The notes under the pieces: generated by a model | Told to the model about the DNA's origin: nothing | The model's database searches: none | Seen by the model: the letters and a program-made list of their open reading frames with translations, nothing else | Part shown: positions 27,530 through 36,672 of the stretch, piece after piece | Numbering within the stretch: the first letter of the stretch is position 1 | Layout: each line of letters starts with the position of its first letter | Program-made: the position numbers and the translations under genes | Assembly: GCA_964494915.1 (NCBI GenBank) | Contig: CAZBTP010000002.1 | Coordinates: 1 to 52,917, forward strand | Length of the DNA: 52,917 nucleotides | Reading direction: 5' to 3' | Origin: Candidatus Woesearchaeota archaeon | GTDB taxonomy: Archaea; Nanobdellota; Nanobdellia; Pacearchaeales; GW2011-AR1

Positions 27530-28144
27530 ATGAAAAAGAGGGTTATTGTTGGTATTTTTTTTGTTTTTGTTATTCTTTTGATTATTTTTTTTGGTTTGCG
27601 TGAAGAACTTCGGCTGTTGTTCCAGGATGAGAATGCTCGCGGCTTGCTGCCTCGTTCTGGTGGCGAGGAGGATATTGTTGAGGAGCGTGATGATGTTGGC
27701 CCCCGTGATGTTCGTGAGGATGCTCGTGAAACTGCTGATTCTCAAGAAGGAATGCAACGAGAAGGAACACAAAAAGCAGGATCTCTGTTTGGGGGTGTTG
27801 ACGGTGGTGTTGATGGAGGTGTTGCATCGTCATCGACGTGTACGCTCATTCGACCGGGAAATATACCTGATGTTTCTTGTTCGGTTCGTTTTATTCGTGA
27901 ACGAGAGGTTTCATTGATTATTGTTAATCAGCTTGGGCAGGATATTGTTGCAAATCTTCAGCTTGTTCGTTGTTCGCCTGGGGAGAATGTCGCGAGTGTT
28001 GCGAATAATCAGGGCCGGGATTTTGTGTTTTCTTGTGATAATACTGGCAGGAGTGAATTCGAGGAGGATTTGACTGTTACGTATACTATTAATGGACAGC
28101 GTGTTCGTGTGTATGGTTTTGTTAAAGGCCCTGTTAGCTTATAG
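27530..28144 (+). CDS. Membrane-anchored protein with acidic linker and Cys-containing C-terminal domain
   Basis: N-terminal TM (VIVGIFFVFVILLIIFFG), an acidic low-complexity stretch and GGVDGGVDGG, then a beta-rich C-terminus with 4 Cys. Confidence 0.4.
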   Translation: MKKRVIVGIFFVFVILLIIFFGLREELRLLFQDENARGLLPRSGGEEDIVEERDDVGPRDVREDARETADSQEGMQREGTQKAGSLFGGVDGGVDGGVASSSTCTLIRPGNIPDVSCSVRFIREREVSLIIVNQLGQDIVANLQLVRCSPGENVASVANNQGRDFVFSCDNTGRSEFEEDLTVTYTINGQRVRVYGFVKGPVSL

Positions 28145-28228
28145 CGAGAGACCAAAATAATCCCTCATTCTATTTTGTTCTCTCGAATATAGCAACAGAC
28201 AATATTGGGGAATTAGTAAAGTCTATTG

Positions 28229-29152
28229 CTATATGACTAAATGACGGACGCCGTAGATATCGAGGTGAGGATCATCGAGCTTAAACCAGGAAGGCATGCC
28301 TTGGATTTTGTATGCGGGCGGATTTGAACTTGAGACGTAGATGTAGTCTACGGCTGACTTGTCTTGGATGCCAACTCCCTGCTGTGTAAAGTTTGCAAGA
28401 TTTATGAGCGATTCAATGCCATAGGCATTTGGGTTTGTTTTTCCTTCGAGGCGATTGAGAAAACTGGGGCTGGCTGGGGTGGTAATGTAGTCTGATGAAG
28501 AAAGATGATTCGTGAGATTCGTGACATCGGTGCCGGCGGCGAATCCTGTATAAGGTGTTCTTTGTATTTTGTTGACGACAAGACCGTTACTATGGATAAG
28601 GTAGAGCGGATCTTCGAATCCTTCGATTACGATGTTTGTTGAGATAACTTTTTGTGTATTCCATTGTGCGAGATTTCCTTTATCTTGTATTATCAGGTGT
28701 ATTTTTGCGTCGATACGAACACCCCAAGGGGTATCTTGGGTTACGGTTACTGATTCGATTGTATAGTTTGTGATAAGGCTTACTTTGTCGGATAGATTTG
28801 TTATACGAGCATTCCAGTCAGCGAGACGATAGTTTGTCATAAGTGTCGCTGTTTGGTTTTTTATTGTTCCGTTTATGAGTGCTTCAGTAAGCGCGAGCGC
28901 TGCATTATCGATAAAGGTGCCATTTGTTGTAATATAATTCTCGAGTGAGAGGATTGCGCGAAATCCTGAGATGTAGATTTGTCGTGTGATGTCTTTCTCT
29001 AATGAGAAGACGAAGTTGTTCATTGATGTGACGCGTTGTGTTAGTGTTTCACGCTCTTGAAAACCTGAACGTACTGTATATGATATGACAAATATCGAGA
29101 GGATGATTATTGTTGCGAGTGTAAAAAATATTCCTTTTTTGTTCACCGCCAT
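28229..29152 (-). CDS. Prepilin-like protein (class III signal peptide-like N-terminus)
   Basis: MAVNKKG/IFFTLATIIILSIFVISYTV. The ATG at 29152 gives a 10-nt overlap with the upstream gene, the same spacing as the 31014-31023 junction. The mature domain is N-glycosylation-sequon-rich (NxS/T). Confidence 0.5.
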   Translation of the reverse strand: MAVNKKGIFFTLATIIILSIFVISYTVRSGFQERETLTQRVTSMNNFVFSLEKDITRQIYISGFRAILSLENYITTNGTFIDNAALALTEALINGTIKNQTATLMTNYRLADWNARITNLSDKVSLITNYTIESVTVTQDTPWGVRIDAKIHLIIQDKGNLAQWNTQKVISTNIVIEGFEDPLYLIHSNGLVVNKIQRTPYTGFAAGTDVTNLTNHLSSSDYITTPASPSFLNRLEGKTNPNAYGIESLINLANFTQQGVGIQDKSAVDYIYVSSSNPPAYKIQGMPSWFKLDDPHLDIYGVRHLVI

Positions 29153-31023
29153 GTTCGTACTTGTACCTCTGTTGACCATAGATAGGGAACGCCTGATATG
29201 TCGAGCGTGTCTATGCCGAAACTGTCTTGTGATACAATGAGATCTATTTTTCCGTCGGCTTCTGCATCGAATTGTTTCATGAGTCTATCGACTGCATCGT
29301 CGATTGCGTCGTTTGCAGGATCCCAGCTGTCTGCTCCATCGCCAATAACGATGTTTTTTGTTGTGCCATCTTGGAAGGTGAGTGTAATGGTTCCTCCCCT
29401 TGCTTTGTTTTTCGTGTCACCATAGCTTACGAAACTTTTTATGAAATAGGTGAGGATTCCGTATGATGATGTGTTTGAGATGCCATAGCCTGGTCCAAAG
29501 TCGAGTGAGAAGTTGTTTGTGCCCTCGAGAAAGAGACCTGCTGCCTTGTTTGGCGAATACCCAAATCGACTGAATGCTGGGATGTAGGCCTCTGGTGGGG
29601 CGTTGTAGAGTGTTACGGCGTTTGCTGTTGCTCTTTGTGAAGTGTTTCCTGCAAGCGAGAGCCAGCCAAGTTGCCAATCTGCGAGTAATGCGAGTGAATT
29701 CTTCGGAAGATGAAAGCGCCAGGTTAGGTTTCGGTAGAATGTATTCTGAAGGAGATTTGTTGCGTTTTTGAGTGGTATTCCTCCTGTGAGATCAATAGAG
29801 CCAAAAGGCGGTGAGGGTTGCGTTGCGTCTACTAGAACATACGAGTTTTTTCGGAGGGCTGTTTGTTGATTTGTTGAACCCATCTTTACAATGACAAAGA
29901 AGTATTCGTTTGTTAGACTCTGGGGAGATAATCCTCCAGCAGTTAATGCTGTTTGTATCTCGCTTTTTGTGAAGTTTATTAGTCCACTTGCTGCTGGTGC
30001 TTTTGTTCCAATGAGAATTGTTTGCGGTCCTTTTCGTATGTAGGCGGTTGACGAATGTGTCGCATTTAGAATAATTTCAAGCGCATTTACTTGTGTTGGA
30101 ATAAAGAGGGCTTTTTCGTGATAGAGGACACCTCGTGTGTTTAGGAGATTGAAGGGATAGCTGTTTCCGTAGGTAAATGTTTGTAGGTCTGGCGTGGTAT
30201 ATTCGACTACGATATGGGAGGCTCCGTCATCACCGCCTGTTGTGCTGTCGAGAATTGCTGTATTGTTTCCTGCGTGTACGAGAGCGGTGATATTTATGAT
30301 GGTAAAATACTGGATGTCGCCATCGAATACTTTTATTCCGTTGACGTATAATTTTGTCGGTTGACCGACCCATGCAGGTTCGGCGAGCCACCAGGCGTTG
30401 TTGATTGTTGCGTTTGTGGGGACTGGGATTGTGTAGGTTATGTTCGTTGCTGCTGGACCACAGTAATCTCCCCAGGAGTAGGTTCTCCATTTTCCACACA
30501 TAAGATCGCCTCGTATTGAGAGCACTGTACTTTTTGCACTAATTTGTTTTAACCATGCTTTTGATACGTATCCTTTTGATGGGCCCGCGAGTGAGACGCC
30601 ACTTACTGTTTCACGCGCTACGGAGATCTCGCGCGCTGTTGTGTAGGGTGTTGTATTTATTGATGCTGTAAGATTGTTGTCATACCATATTCCGATATTT
30701 TCTGTTGTATTGAGTGTTTTTAACACGTCTTGTGCGAGTGCTTGCGCTGTGCTGCTATTTGTTGTATAGAGCGCACCAATTTGTTCGATGAGGCTGCTGT
30801 TGGTATCATTGATTACCTTTGCTGCAATAAGCGATTGAATAAGACTTGAGTTCATCTCTCCGACTTTTAATGTTGAGAGTACTTTGATAATATCCCCTGG
30901 TAGTTTTGTTGTTGATCTGGAGGATTCAAAGACAGGGTAGGCAACAAAGGTAACTGCGAGTAGGATAATGAGTGCGATGAGCGCGTCGATACTAAAAAAG
31001 AAGCCGTTGCGATTCATGCCCAT
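29143..31023 (-). CDS. Large (626 aa) prepilin-like extracellular protein
   Basis: MGMNRNG/FFFSIDALIALIILLAVTFVAY followed by about 590 aa of Thr/Asn/Ser-rich, beta-rich sequence with many NxS/T sequons. Confidence 0.5.
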   Translation of the reverse strand: MGMNRNGFFFSIDALIALIILLAVTFVAYPVFESSRSTTKLPGDIIKVLSTLKVGEMNSSLIQSLIAAKVINDTNSSLIEQIGALYTTNSSTAQALAQDVLKTLNTTENIGIWYDNNLTASINTTPYTTAREISVARETVSGVSLAGPSKGYVSKAWLKQISAKSTVLSIRGDLMCGKWRTYSWGDYCGPAATNITYTIPVPTNATINNAWWLAEPAWVGQPTKLYVNGIKVFDGDIQYFTIINITALVHAGNNTAILDSTTGGDDGASHIVVEYTTPDLQTFTYGNSYPFNLLNTRGVLYHEKALFIPTQVNALEIILNATHSSTAYIRKGPQTILIGTKAPAASGLINFTKSEIQTALTAGGLSPQSLTNEYFFVIVKMGSTNQQTALRKNSYVLVDATQPSPPFGSIDLTGGIPLKNATNLLQNTFYRNLTWRFHLPKNSLALLADWQLGWLSLAGNTSQRATANAVTLYNAPPEAYIPAFSRFGYSPNKAAGLFLEGTNNFSLDFGPGYGISNTSSYGILTYFIKSFVSYGDTKNKARGGTITLTFQDGTTKNIVIGDGADSWDPANDAIDDAVDRLMKQFDAEADGKIDLIVSQDSFGIDTLDISGVPYLWSTEVQVRTWR

Positions 31024-31493
31024 ACCTCGACTGTTATTGAGATTGGTTTGTTTTTGTAGATCGTTAATCTTGATAGTTTTGCAAGATGGTTCGGCGTATT
31101 CGGCGTAAGACCAATACCGTTGAGCTGTTGTCCGTTGATCGTTATTTGTTCTGAGAATGTAATATAATAATCATAGCGTAGTCTGGTGATGGCTTTTGTT
31201 TTTTTATAGTCTTGAATTGAGAGATTATAGAATGATTCGAGTTTGGTTTCATTTATTTTATTGTTTGTCAGCAATCCGATTTGAGAGAGCGTTGTTGTGT
31301 TCCACGTTGGAGGAACTCCCTCTGAGAGGAGTATTGTCGCGAGCATGTCAGCTTCTGCAATTAATTCTGGGAGAGCCTCTTGGTCTGACGAGGCGTTTAG
31401 GGTATAGAGATAAAAAAAGATAATTCCTCCTACAAAGATGATCGCCGCGATAAAGAGGTCGAATCCCCATGCTTGTGCTTTTGCATTCATCAT
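31014..31493 (-). CDS. Prepilin-like or ArlF/G-like small membrane-anchored protein
   Basis: MMNAKAQAWG/FDLFIAAIIFVGGIIFFYLY. 4-nt overlap with the upstream KaiC-like gene. Confidence 0.45.
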   Translation of the reverse strand: MMNAKAQAWGFDLFIAAIIFVGGIIFFYLYTLNASSDQEALPELIAEADMLATILLSEGVPPTWNTTTLSQIGLLTNNKINETKLESFYNLSIQDYKKTKAITRLRYDYYITFSEQITINGQQLNGIGLTPNTPNHLAKLSRLTIYKNKPISITVEVWA

Positions 31494-32227
31494 CCCTTTT
31501 CTTTGTTTATAGAAACAGGATTCGGATCGATTACAATGCCTTTTTCATCTTCGATTGTAAAGTGATAGAGTTTTTTTGAGTGGTTTGTTCCCCTCATCTT
31601 CAATATCTCAATAAAGCGTTGACGTTCATTTCCTATTCTCTTGTAATAGAGGACGATGATTGCGTCGCTCTCGAATTCAAGGGGCTTCGGTGCTACTTTT
31701 ATTCCTTGAATCGGGACTTCTTCGAATGTGAGGAGCGAGGTGCAATTCCAGTCTCGGATCGTACCGAAGAGAGAGAGCGCTGCTTCGCGTTGCGAGGCTT
31801 TATCTTCAAAGAGTTCTGCAAATGCGGTAATGCTGTCGATAACCATTCTCGTTACTTTTTGTTTTATGATAATATTTTCAATTACACCTCCCCCTTCTTC
31901 GAGCATTGTTTTTATCTTTCCTGGCGTGTATTCGAGGAAGGTGAATAATCCTTCTTTTTCATACGCTTCTAAATCCCAGTCGAATTCGAGCATGTTCGTG
32001 TAGAATTGTTCTCTTTTTTCTTCGAATGTTACGTAGAGACAGTGTTCGCCTTTTTTTATGCCGCCGACTAAAAATTGGGCTGCAAAGACAGACTTTCCAC
32101 TTCCTGATCCGCCCACGAGTAAGTTTGTTGTGTTTTTTTCGAAACCGCCCTCGATGAATTCGTCAAAATGAGGGATGTCTGTTGGTACGCGCACAATTCG
32201 TTCTCGTTTATTCTTTTTTATTGGCAT
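31490..32227 (-). CDS. KaiC/RecA-superfamily single-domain ATPase (ArlH/FlaH-like)
   Basis: Walker A LLVGGSGSGKSVFAAQF, HCLYVTFEE and a Walker B-like MVIDSI. At 245 aa it is the size of ArlH. Confidence 0.75.
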   Translation of the reverse strand: MPIKKNKRERIVRVPTDIPHFDEFIEGGFEKNTTNLLVGGSGSGKSVFAAQFLVGGIKKGEHCLYVTFEEKREQFYTNMLEFDWDLEAYEKEGLFTFLEYTPGKIKTMLEEGGGVIENIIIKQKVTRMVIDSITAFAELFEDKASQREAALSLFGTIRDWNCTSLLTFEEVPIQGIKVAPKPLEFESDAIIVLYYKRIGNERQRFIEILKMRGTNHSKKLYHFTIEDEKGIVIDPNPVSINKEKG

Positions 32228-32273
32228 TATGACATTGTGATAGGAATCCCATATAAAAACTTATCGTGGTTTT

Positions 32274-33188
32274 CTATTTGAAGAAGTCTGCGAAATAGCT
32301 TAGGAGGACGGTTCGTGAGACGAGATATACGAAGGTGCTGCATATGATGAGCGGTACTACGTATTTGAGCCCTTCTCTTTCTTTTCCTTTGCTTACCAGT
32401 CCGACGACTAGCGAGGCGAGAATATCTATGGCGATAATAAATGATAATGAAAAGTACATAATAAAGGTTGGGGAAACAGAGAGCTTTGTGAGTGTGAAGG
32501 GGAGGTTAATGTTTGCTTGTCCGATGGGAAGGTCTGCGAAAAGTGCTGATAGTATACTCACCAGGACAGATGAAAGACCAAAAAGGATTGGTGCTCCGAC
32601 TGCTACTGCGAAAAATATAAAGATAACATACATAAGGACGTTTGATGCCGCGCGTTTTTGTACAAAGATACGTTCTCGCATGTTTACTGCTGTTTCTTCG
32701 AGGAGGATCGAGATATTTCCTCCTGAGATTATGCCTGAGCTTATGAGCAGGATTGTTTTTTTTATTTCCTCTGATTGGATACGCTCCCCCATATTGCGGA
32801 GCGCATGTGTTATCTCTTTTCCTGCGATAATGTCTTTTCCTAATCGTAGGATTTCTTGATCGAGCGGCGAGAATTCTTTTCTGGAGCTGAGCAGTAATGC
32901 TTTATCGATTGTTATGCCTGCTCGAAGATTCGATGCCATTAGTGCAATGAAATCGGGAAATACTTCCTCCATCTTTTTAAGTTCTTTTGTCTGACGGAGT
33001 TTTTTTTGTATTGAGAAGAATAGTATGGTGAGCGTGAGTATGCTTATCGAGATTATAAGTGTTGTTCCTATACTTCTGGAGATCAGGAAGGTAATGGCTC
33101 CTATGATCAGCGTTGCTAAACCTGTTCCTATGATTATTTTTTGTGAGGGATTTGCTCTGCGTCCTTTCTCTGTTTTTTGTGTTTCCAT
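32274..33188 (-). CDS. Type II secretion system F-domain platform protein, half-size (TadC-like)
   Basis: One T2SSF-like domain (FPDFIALMASNLRAGITIDKALL...) flanked by TM spans. The ATG at 33188 sits 1 nt after the upstream stop (33190-33192). Confidence 0.7.
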   Translation of the reverse strand: METQKTEKGRRANPSQKIIIGTGLATLIIGAITFLISRSIGTTLIISISILTLTILFFSIQKKLRQTKELKKMEEVFPDFIALMASNLRAGITIDKALLLSSRKEFSPLDQEILRLGKDIIAGKEITHALRNMGERIQSEEIKKTILLISSGIISGGNISILLEETAVNMRERIFVQKRAASNVLMYVIFIFFAVAVGAPILFGLSSVLVSILSALFADLPIGQANINLPFTLTKLSVSPTFIMYFSLSFIIAIDILASLVVGLVSKGKEREGLKYVVPLIICSTFVYLVSRTVLLSYFADFFK

Positions 33189-33189
33189 T

Positions 33190-34077
33190 CTAGATGAGAC
33201 TTGGCCTGATTGATTTGATGACTCCGAGGAACATTGTTTGAATGATAATAACGCCAACTAATAAACCGATGAAGAGCAGTGTGCTTATTGATTGTGATAA
33301 CTGGACGAGTGAGGAGATGATCGTAAGGAAGGTTATTGAGAGTGCTGGAAGGATGACTGAAATGAGCATGTAGAACATGATCATTGGATTTAATTTATTG
33401 CCGTAGTTTTGGATTTGGATGAGTTGTTCTTGACTTAATGCGTGGATACTCTCGCGGATAACAATTGAGATGTCGCTTCCTGCACGCATTCCGTTGCTGA
33501 TCTGCCAGAGTGTTCGGCGGAAAAATACCGATGGATTTGCTTCGCCTAGCTCTTCGAGTACTTGGATTTGTGGATAGCCTGCATTAATCCTCCGTACTGC
33601 TTTTTTGAACTCATCACTAAGCGCTCCGTAATCTGAAGAGGAGATGTTTACCATAATTCTGAAGAGCGGTACTCCTGATTGTAGTTGCACATGGATATCT
33701 TGTAATGCTGAGATGAGGTGACGTTCAATGTCTCTTTGTTTTCTCGTGACATAGACGCGAGGGTATACTATTCGACTAAAAAAGATAAAGAGACCTGCGA
33801 GAAATGCAATGGCTATGGCAAATATAATTGCGCGTTCTACTTTCGTGATTACAAAGATTGTTGAGCTTAGTATAAAGAAGACGATGAAGGTTAGTATCGC
33901 TCCTTGAAGAGAGATTGCGAGATATTGTTCTCTCGTGAGCTCGATGTTTGTCTGAGCGAGAAGGTTACCGAGGGTTGATTTTTTTCGATAGCTAAAAAAA
34001 CGAGTCAGTGGTGCTGAACGTTTCTTTAATTTGTCTATGGGGGATATGGTGAATGGTATATGAAACTTCATTCTCAC
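33190..34077 (-). CDS. Type II secretion system F-domain platform protein, half-size (TadB-like)
   Basis: One T2SSF-like domain (IERHLISALQDIHVQLQSGVPLFRIM...) plus TM spans. 4-nt overlap with the ATPase gene. Confidence 0.7.
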   Translation of the reverse strand: MRMKFHIPFTISPIDKLKKRSAPLTRFFSYRKKSTLGNLLAQTNIELTREQYLAISLQGAILTFIVFFILSSTIFVITKVERAIIFAIAIAFLAGLFIFFSRIVYPRVYVTRKQRDIERHLISALQDIHVQLQSGVPLFRIMVNISSSDYGALSDEFKKAVRRINAGYPQIQVLEELGEANPSVFFRRTLWQISNGMRAGSDISIVIRESIHALSQEQLIQIQNYGNKLNPMIMFYMLISVILPALSITFLTIISSLVQLSQSISTLLFIGLLVGVIIIQTMFLGVIKSIRPSLI

Positions 34078-35621
34078 CTCTGGAGGAGCGTTTGTACATC
34101 GCCTTTGCTTAGTGCTTGGAGTACGAGGGGTTTATTTTTGTAAACGAGATTCATTATTTTCCCTATTTCAGGAAGACTTCTAATCTTTTTGGATACAAGT
34201 ATTGTGATAATCTGTTGTCGTTCATTGAGAGATTCTTGGATTTCATGCTGTGACATTCCTGTTTGACGACTGATTTCTTCAAAAAAGCGCGAGCTTTCAC
34301 TGTGTCGTACGATTTCGTCGCGTTCGGCACTCCAACGGTAGAGTATATTTGCTTTTGCTCCGCTCTTATCTGCATCGAACTCTGCTATTTGTAACACTCG
34401 ACGGATACCTTTTCTTCGATCACGGAACATAACTACATTGAGGTTTACTGCACGTAAGAGATTTGGAGGAACGTTGATTGGAGGATTTACGAGACGCGCT
34501 ACTGTTTCTGCTGCAGAATCTGCGTGTACGGTTGCATAGACTGCGTGGCCTGTGTGCATTGCTTCGAAGAGAACCATTGCTTCCTGCTGTTTTCGCATCT
34601 CCCCAAGAATAATGCGGTCTGGTCTCATGCGTAGGGAGTTTACGAGTAGATCAAGCATGCTTACTTCTCCTTTTCCTTCTGGATTTGAGATCCGTGTTAC
34701 GAGCGGCGTCCAGTAAAGGAAATTCGGGAGCATAAGCTCGCGTGTATCTTCGATGCTGATTATTCGTTGGTTTGGTGGGATAAAGGGGAGACAGGCGTTG
34801 AGGAATGAAGTTTTTCCTGATCCTGTACCGCCTGAGATAAGAACGTTTAGTTCATATTCGATTGCAAGCCAGAGGAGCGCGGCAGTTTGTACATCGCAGG
34901 TTTTGTTGGTGATCATGTCAACAATTGTGTAAGGATCTCGTGCGAATTTTCTAATTGTGATTGTGTTTCCTTTGGTGTTTATTGGGTAGAGTACTGCGTT
35001 GATACGATCGCCGCTTACGAGGTGTGCGTCGAGGAGAGGGTTCAGGATTGTGATTTGTCTCCCAATACGGCGTGCGATGATATTGGCGTAGTTTACAATG
35101 TCTTCTTCATTCTCGATGGTGATGTTTGTTGTCAACCAGTTATGTTTTCGACTATAGACGCGGATTGGTTCTTTTGCTGCAGGAATGACGATTTCTTCGA
35201 GATTAGGGTCTGCGACAAAAAACTCTATAACACCGAGACCAAGCATTTCTTGCATTAGCGACCCTAATAAAAATGCCTCAACGTCGCTTTCTATATGGGG
35301 TAACTTTTCGCGGAGTAATTTGCGCGCATCTTCCATAAATCTTGTTTTTATTGATGAGAAGAGTGTTGGATCTGTGAGTTCTTTTGTTGTGATGGTTGTT
35401 GCCATGATTAATTCGTTTCTTATATCGTCAAGAAGTCTGGCGGTTGGAGGGCTTATCTCTGGGATGGAGAGATTGTATACTGTATCGAGCGGGTTACGTA
35501 TAATGTAGACTTCAACCTTTGCACCATCAACTTCAACGGTATAGCGATCGATAATTTCTTTCTGTATTTCCTTGCTTTGTTCTTCTTTTTGTTGCATGAT
35601 TGATCTTAGTTTAGTGTTCAT
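34074..35621 (-). CDS. Type IV filament assembly ATPase (GspE/VirB11 superfamily; FlaI/PilB/TadA-like)
   Basis: Walker A LISGGTGSGKTSFLNA, Asp box IISIEDTREL, Walker B RPDRIILGEMR and His box TGHAVYATVHA. Confidence 0.85.
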   Translation of the reverse strand: MNTKLRSIMQQKEEQSKEIQKEIIDRYTVEVDGAKVEVYIIRNPLDTVYNLSIPEISPPTARLLDDIRNELIMATTITTKELTDPTLFSSIKTRFMEDARKLLREKLPHIESDVEAFLLGSLMQEMLGLGVIEFFVADPNLEEIVIPAAKEPIRVYSRKHNWLTTNITIENEEDIVNYANIIARRIGRQITILNPLLDAHLVSGDRINAVLYPINTKGNTITIRKFARDPYTIVDMITNKTCDVQTAALLWLAIEYELNVLISGGTGSGKTSFLNACLPFIPPNQRIISIEDTRELMLPNFLYWTPLVTRISNPEGKGEVSMLDLLVNSLRMRPDRIILGEMRKQQEAMVLFEAMHTGHAVYATVHADSAAETVARLVNPPINVPPNLLRAVNLNVVMFRDRRKGIRRVLQIAEFDADKSGAKANILYRWSAERDEIVRHSESSRFFEEISRQTGMSQHEIQESLNERQQIITILVSKKIRSLPEIGKIMNLVYKNKPLVLQALSKGDVQTLLQR

Positions 35622-36189
35622 TGTACTTCTTTTTTTCTTGTATGTTGTCGGTGTTATCCGCGAGTGCTAGTTCTGGTTCTCCCCAGCGAGGGTAGATAAT
35701 TGTTGCCATATCTCCTTCTTCTAGTATTTTTGCCCACTCCATAACGTTTTCAGAAGTGACGTGGAAGAGGCGTGCAATAACGGAAAAACGGAGTCGTTTT
35801 TTTTCTCGTAGGAGTTCATAGAGCGCGTCTATGTCTGTTTTTATGCCGTGGTGGTTTCCTTGTTGGGCGTGTATTGTTTCTATAGAGCCATGGGGGAATT
35901 TTTCTTCTTGCTTGATTGCAAATACGTGTCGTACGTAGCCGAATATAAATATTATGATAATTGAAAGCCACTCAAGGATGATAATCATTTGCGAGTAGAG
36001 CGGTGTTCGTGGGTAGGTTGTCTTTAATTCTTCTCCTAGTTCGTTTTTTCCTATTGAGAAACCAGAGAGGCCTGTTTCGAAGAAACCAGGAATACTTGTT
36101 CCATAGATGCTAAAATGAGTTATTGAATGTAGTATTGCTAGGATCAGTAGGAGTAGTGCAATAACTTGAAAACGGTCACCTCGTTTCAT
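35611..36189 (-). CDS. Membrane protein with C-terminal winged-helix-like domain
   Basis: Three hydrophobic spans, then IDALYELLREKKRLRFSVIARLFHVTSENVMEWAKILEEGDMATI, which is wHTH-like. It is the first gene of the ATPase operon. Confidence 0.4.
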   Translation of the reverse strand: MKRGDRFQVIALLLLILAILHSITHFSIYGTSIPGFFETGLSGFSIGKNELGEELKTTYPRTPLYSQMIIILEWLSIIIIFIFGYVRHVFAIKQEEKFPHGSIETIHAQQGNHHGIKTDIDALYELLREKKRLRFSVIARLFHVTSENVMEWAKILEEGDMATIIYPRWGEPELALADNTDNIQEKKKYNEH

Positions 36190-36236
36190 CCTTTGGAAAA
36201 AGCAAGAATCTTTAAATATCTTTGTTTACGTTTCTT

Positions 36237-36671
36237 ATGATGATGCTTTTTATTTCTCAGAGGGCGAAGAAGGGTCAGATTAGTACCGAATATGTTATTG
36301 TCCTTGCCTTTGTTCTGTTTCTTATTGCTGGACTTCTTGGTATTGCTTTCTTTTATGCCTCAGAGATTAAGGATGCACTTCGATTAAACCAGCTTGAGCG
36401 CTTTGCAAAGAAAGTAACGACGACTGCTGAGAGTGTTTTTTATGCAGGCGAGCCTTCAAAGACGAGTATTACGGCATATCTTCCTGATGGGGTTTACGCT
36501 GTCGATGTTTCTCCTTATGACTTGATCTTTACGGTGTCGACGCGGTCTGGTGTTGCAAAGATAGCTTATACAAGTAGTGTTGCGCTTACTGGCAATATTT
36601 CTGCTGGTGGCGGTGTTAAAAAGATTGTTATTAGTGCATTACCTACTCGCGTCAATGTGACGTCGGTCTAA
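36237..36671 (+). CDS. Archaeal type IV pilin-like protein (class III signal peptide)
   Basis: MMMLFISQRAKKGQ/ISTEYVIVLAFVLFLIAGLLGIAFFY. tttaaata at 36211-36218 lies upstream of ATG 36237. Confidence 0.6.
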   Translation: MMMLFISQRAKKGQISTEYVIVLAFVLFLIAGLLGIAFFYASEIKDALRLNQLERFAKKVTTTAESVFYAGEPSKTSITAYLPDGVYAVDVSPYDLIFTVSTRSGVAKIAYTSSVALTGNISAGGGVKKIVISALPTRVNVTSV

Positions 36672-36672
36672 C

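Noticed and set aside
27582-27917. Overlapping ORFs 27582..27833 (-) and 27591..27917 (+) inside 27530..28144.
   Set aside because: Both lie within the acidic low-complexity linker of the membrane-anchored protein and translate to His/Gln- or Arg/Cys-rich nonsense. They are by-products of a biased region.
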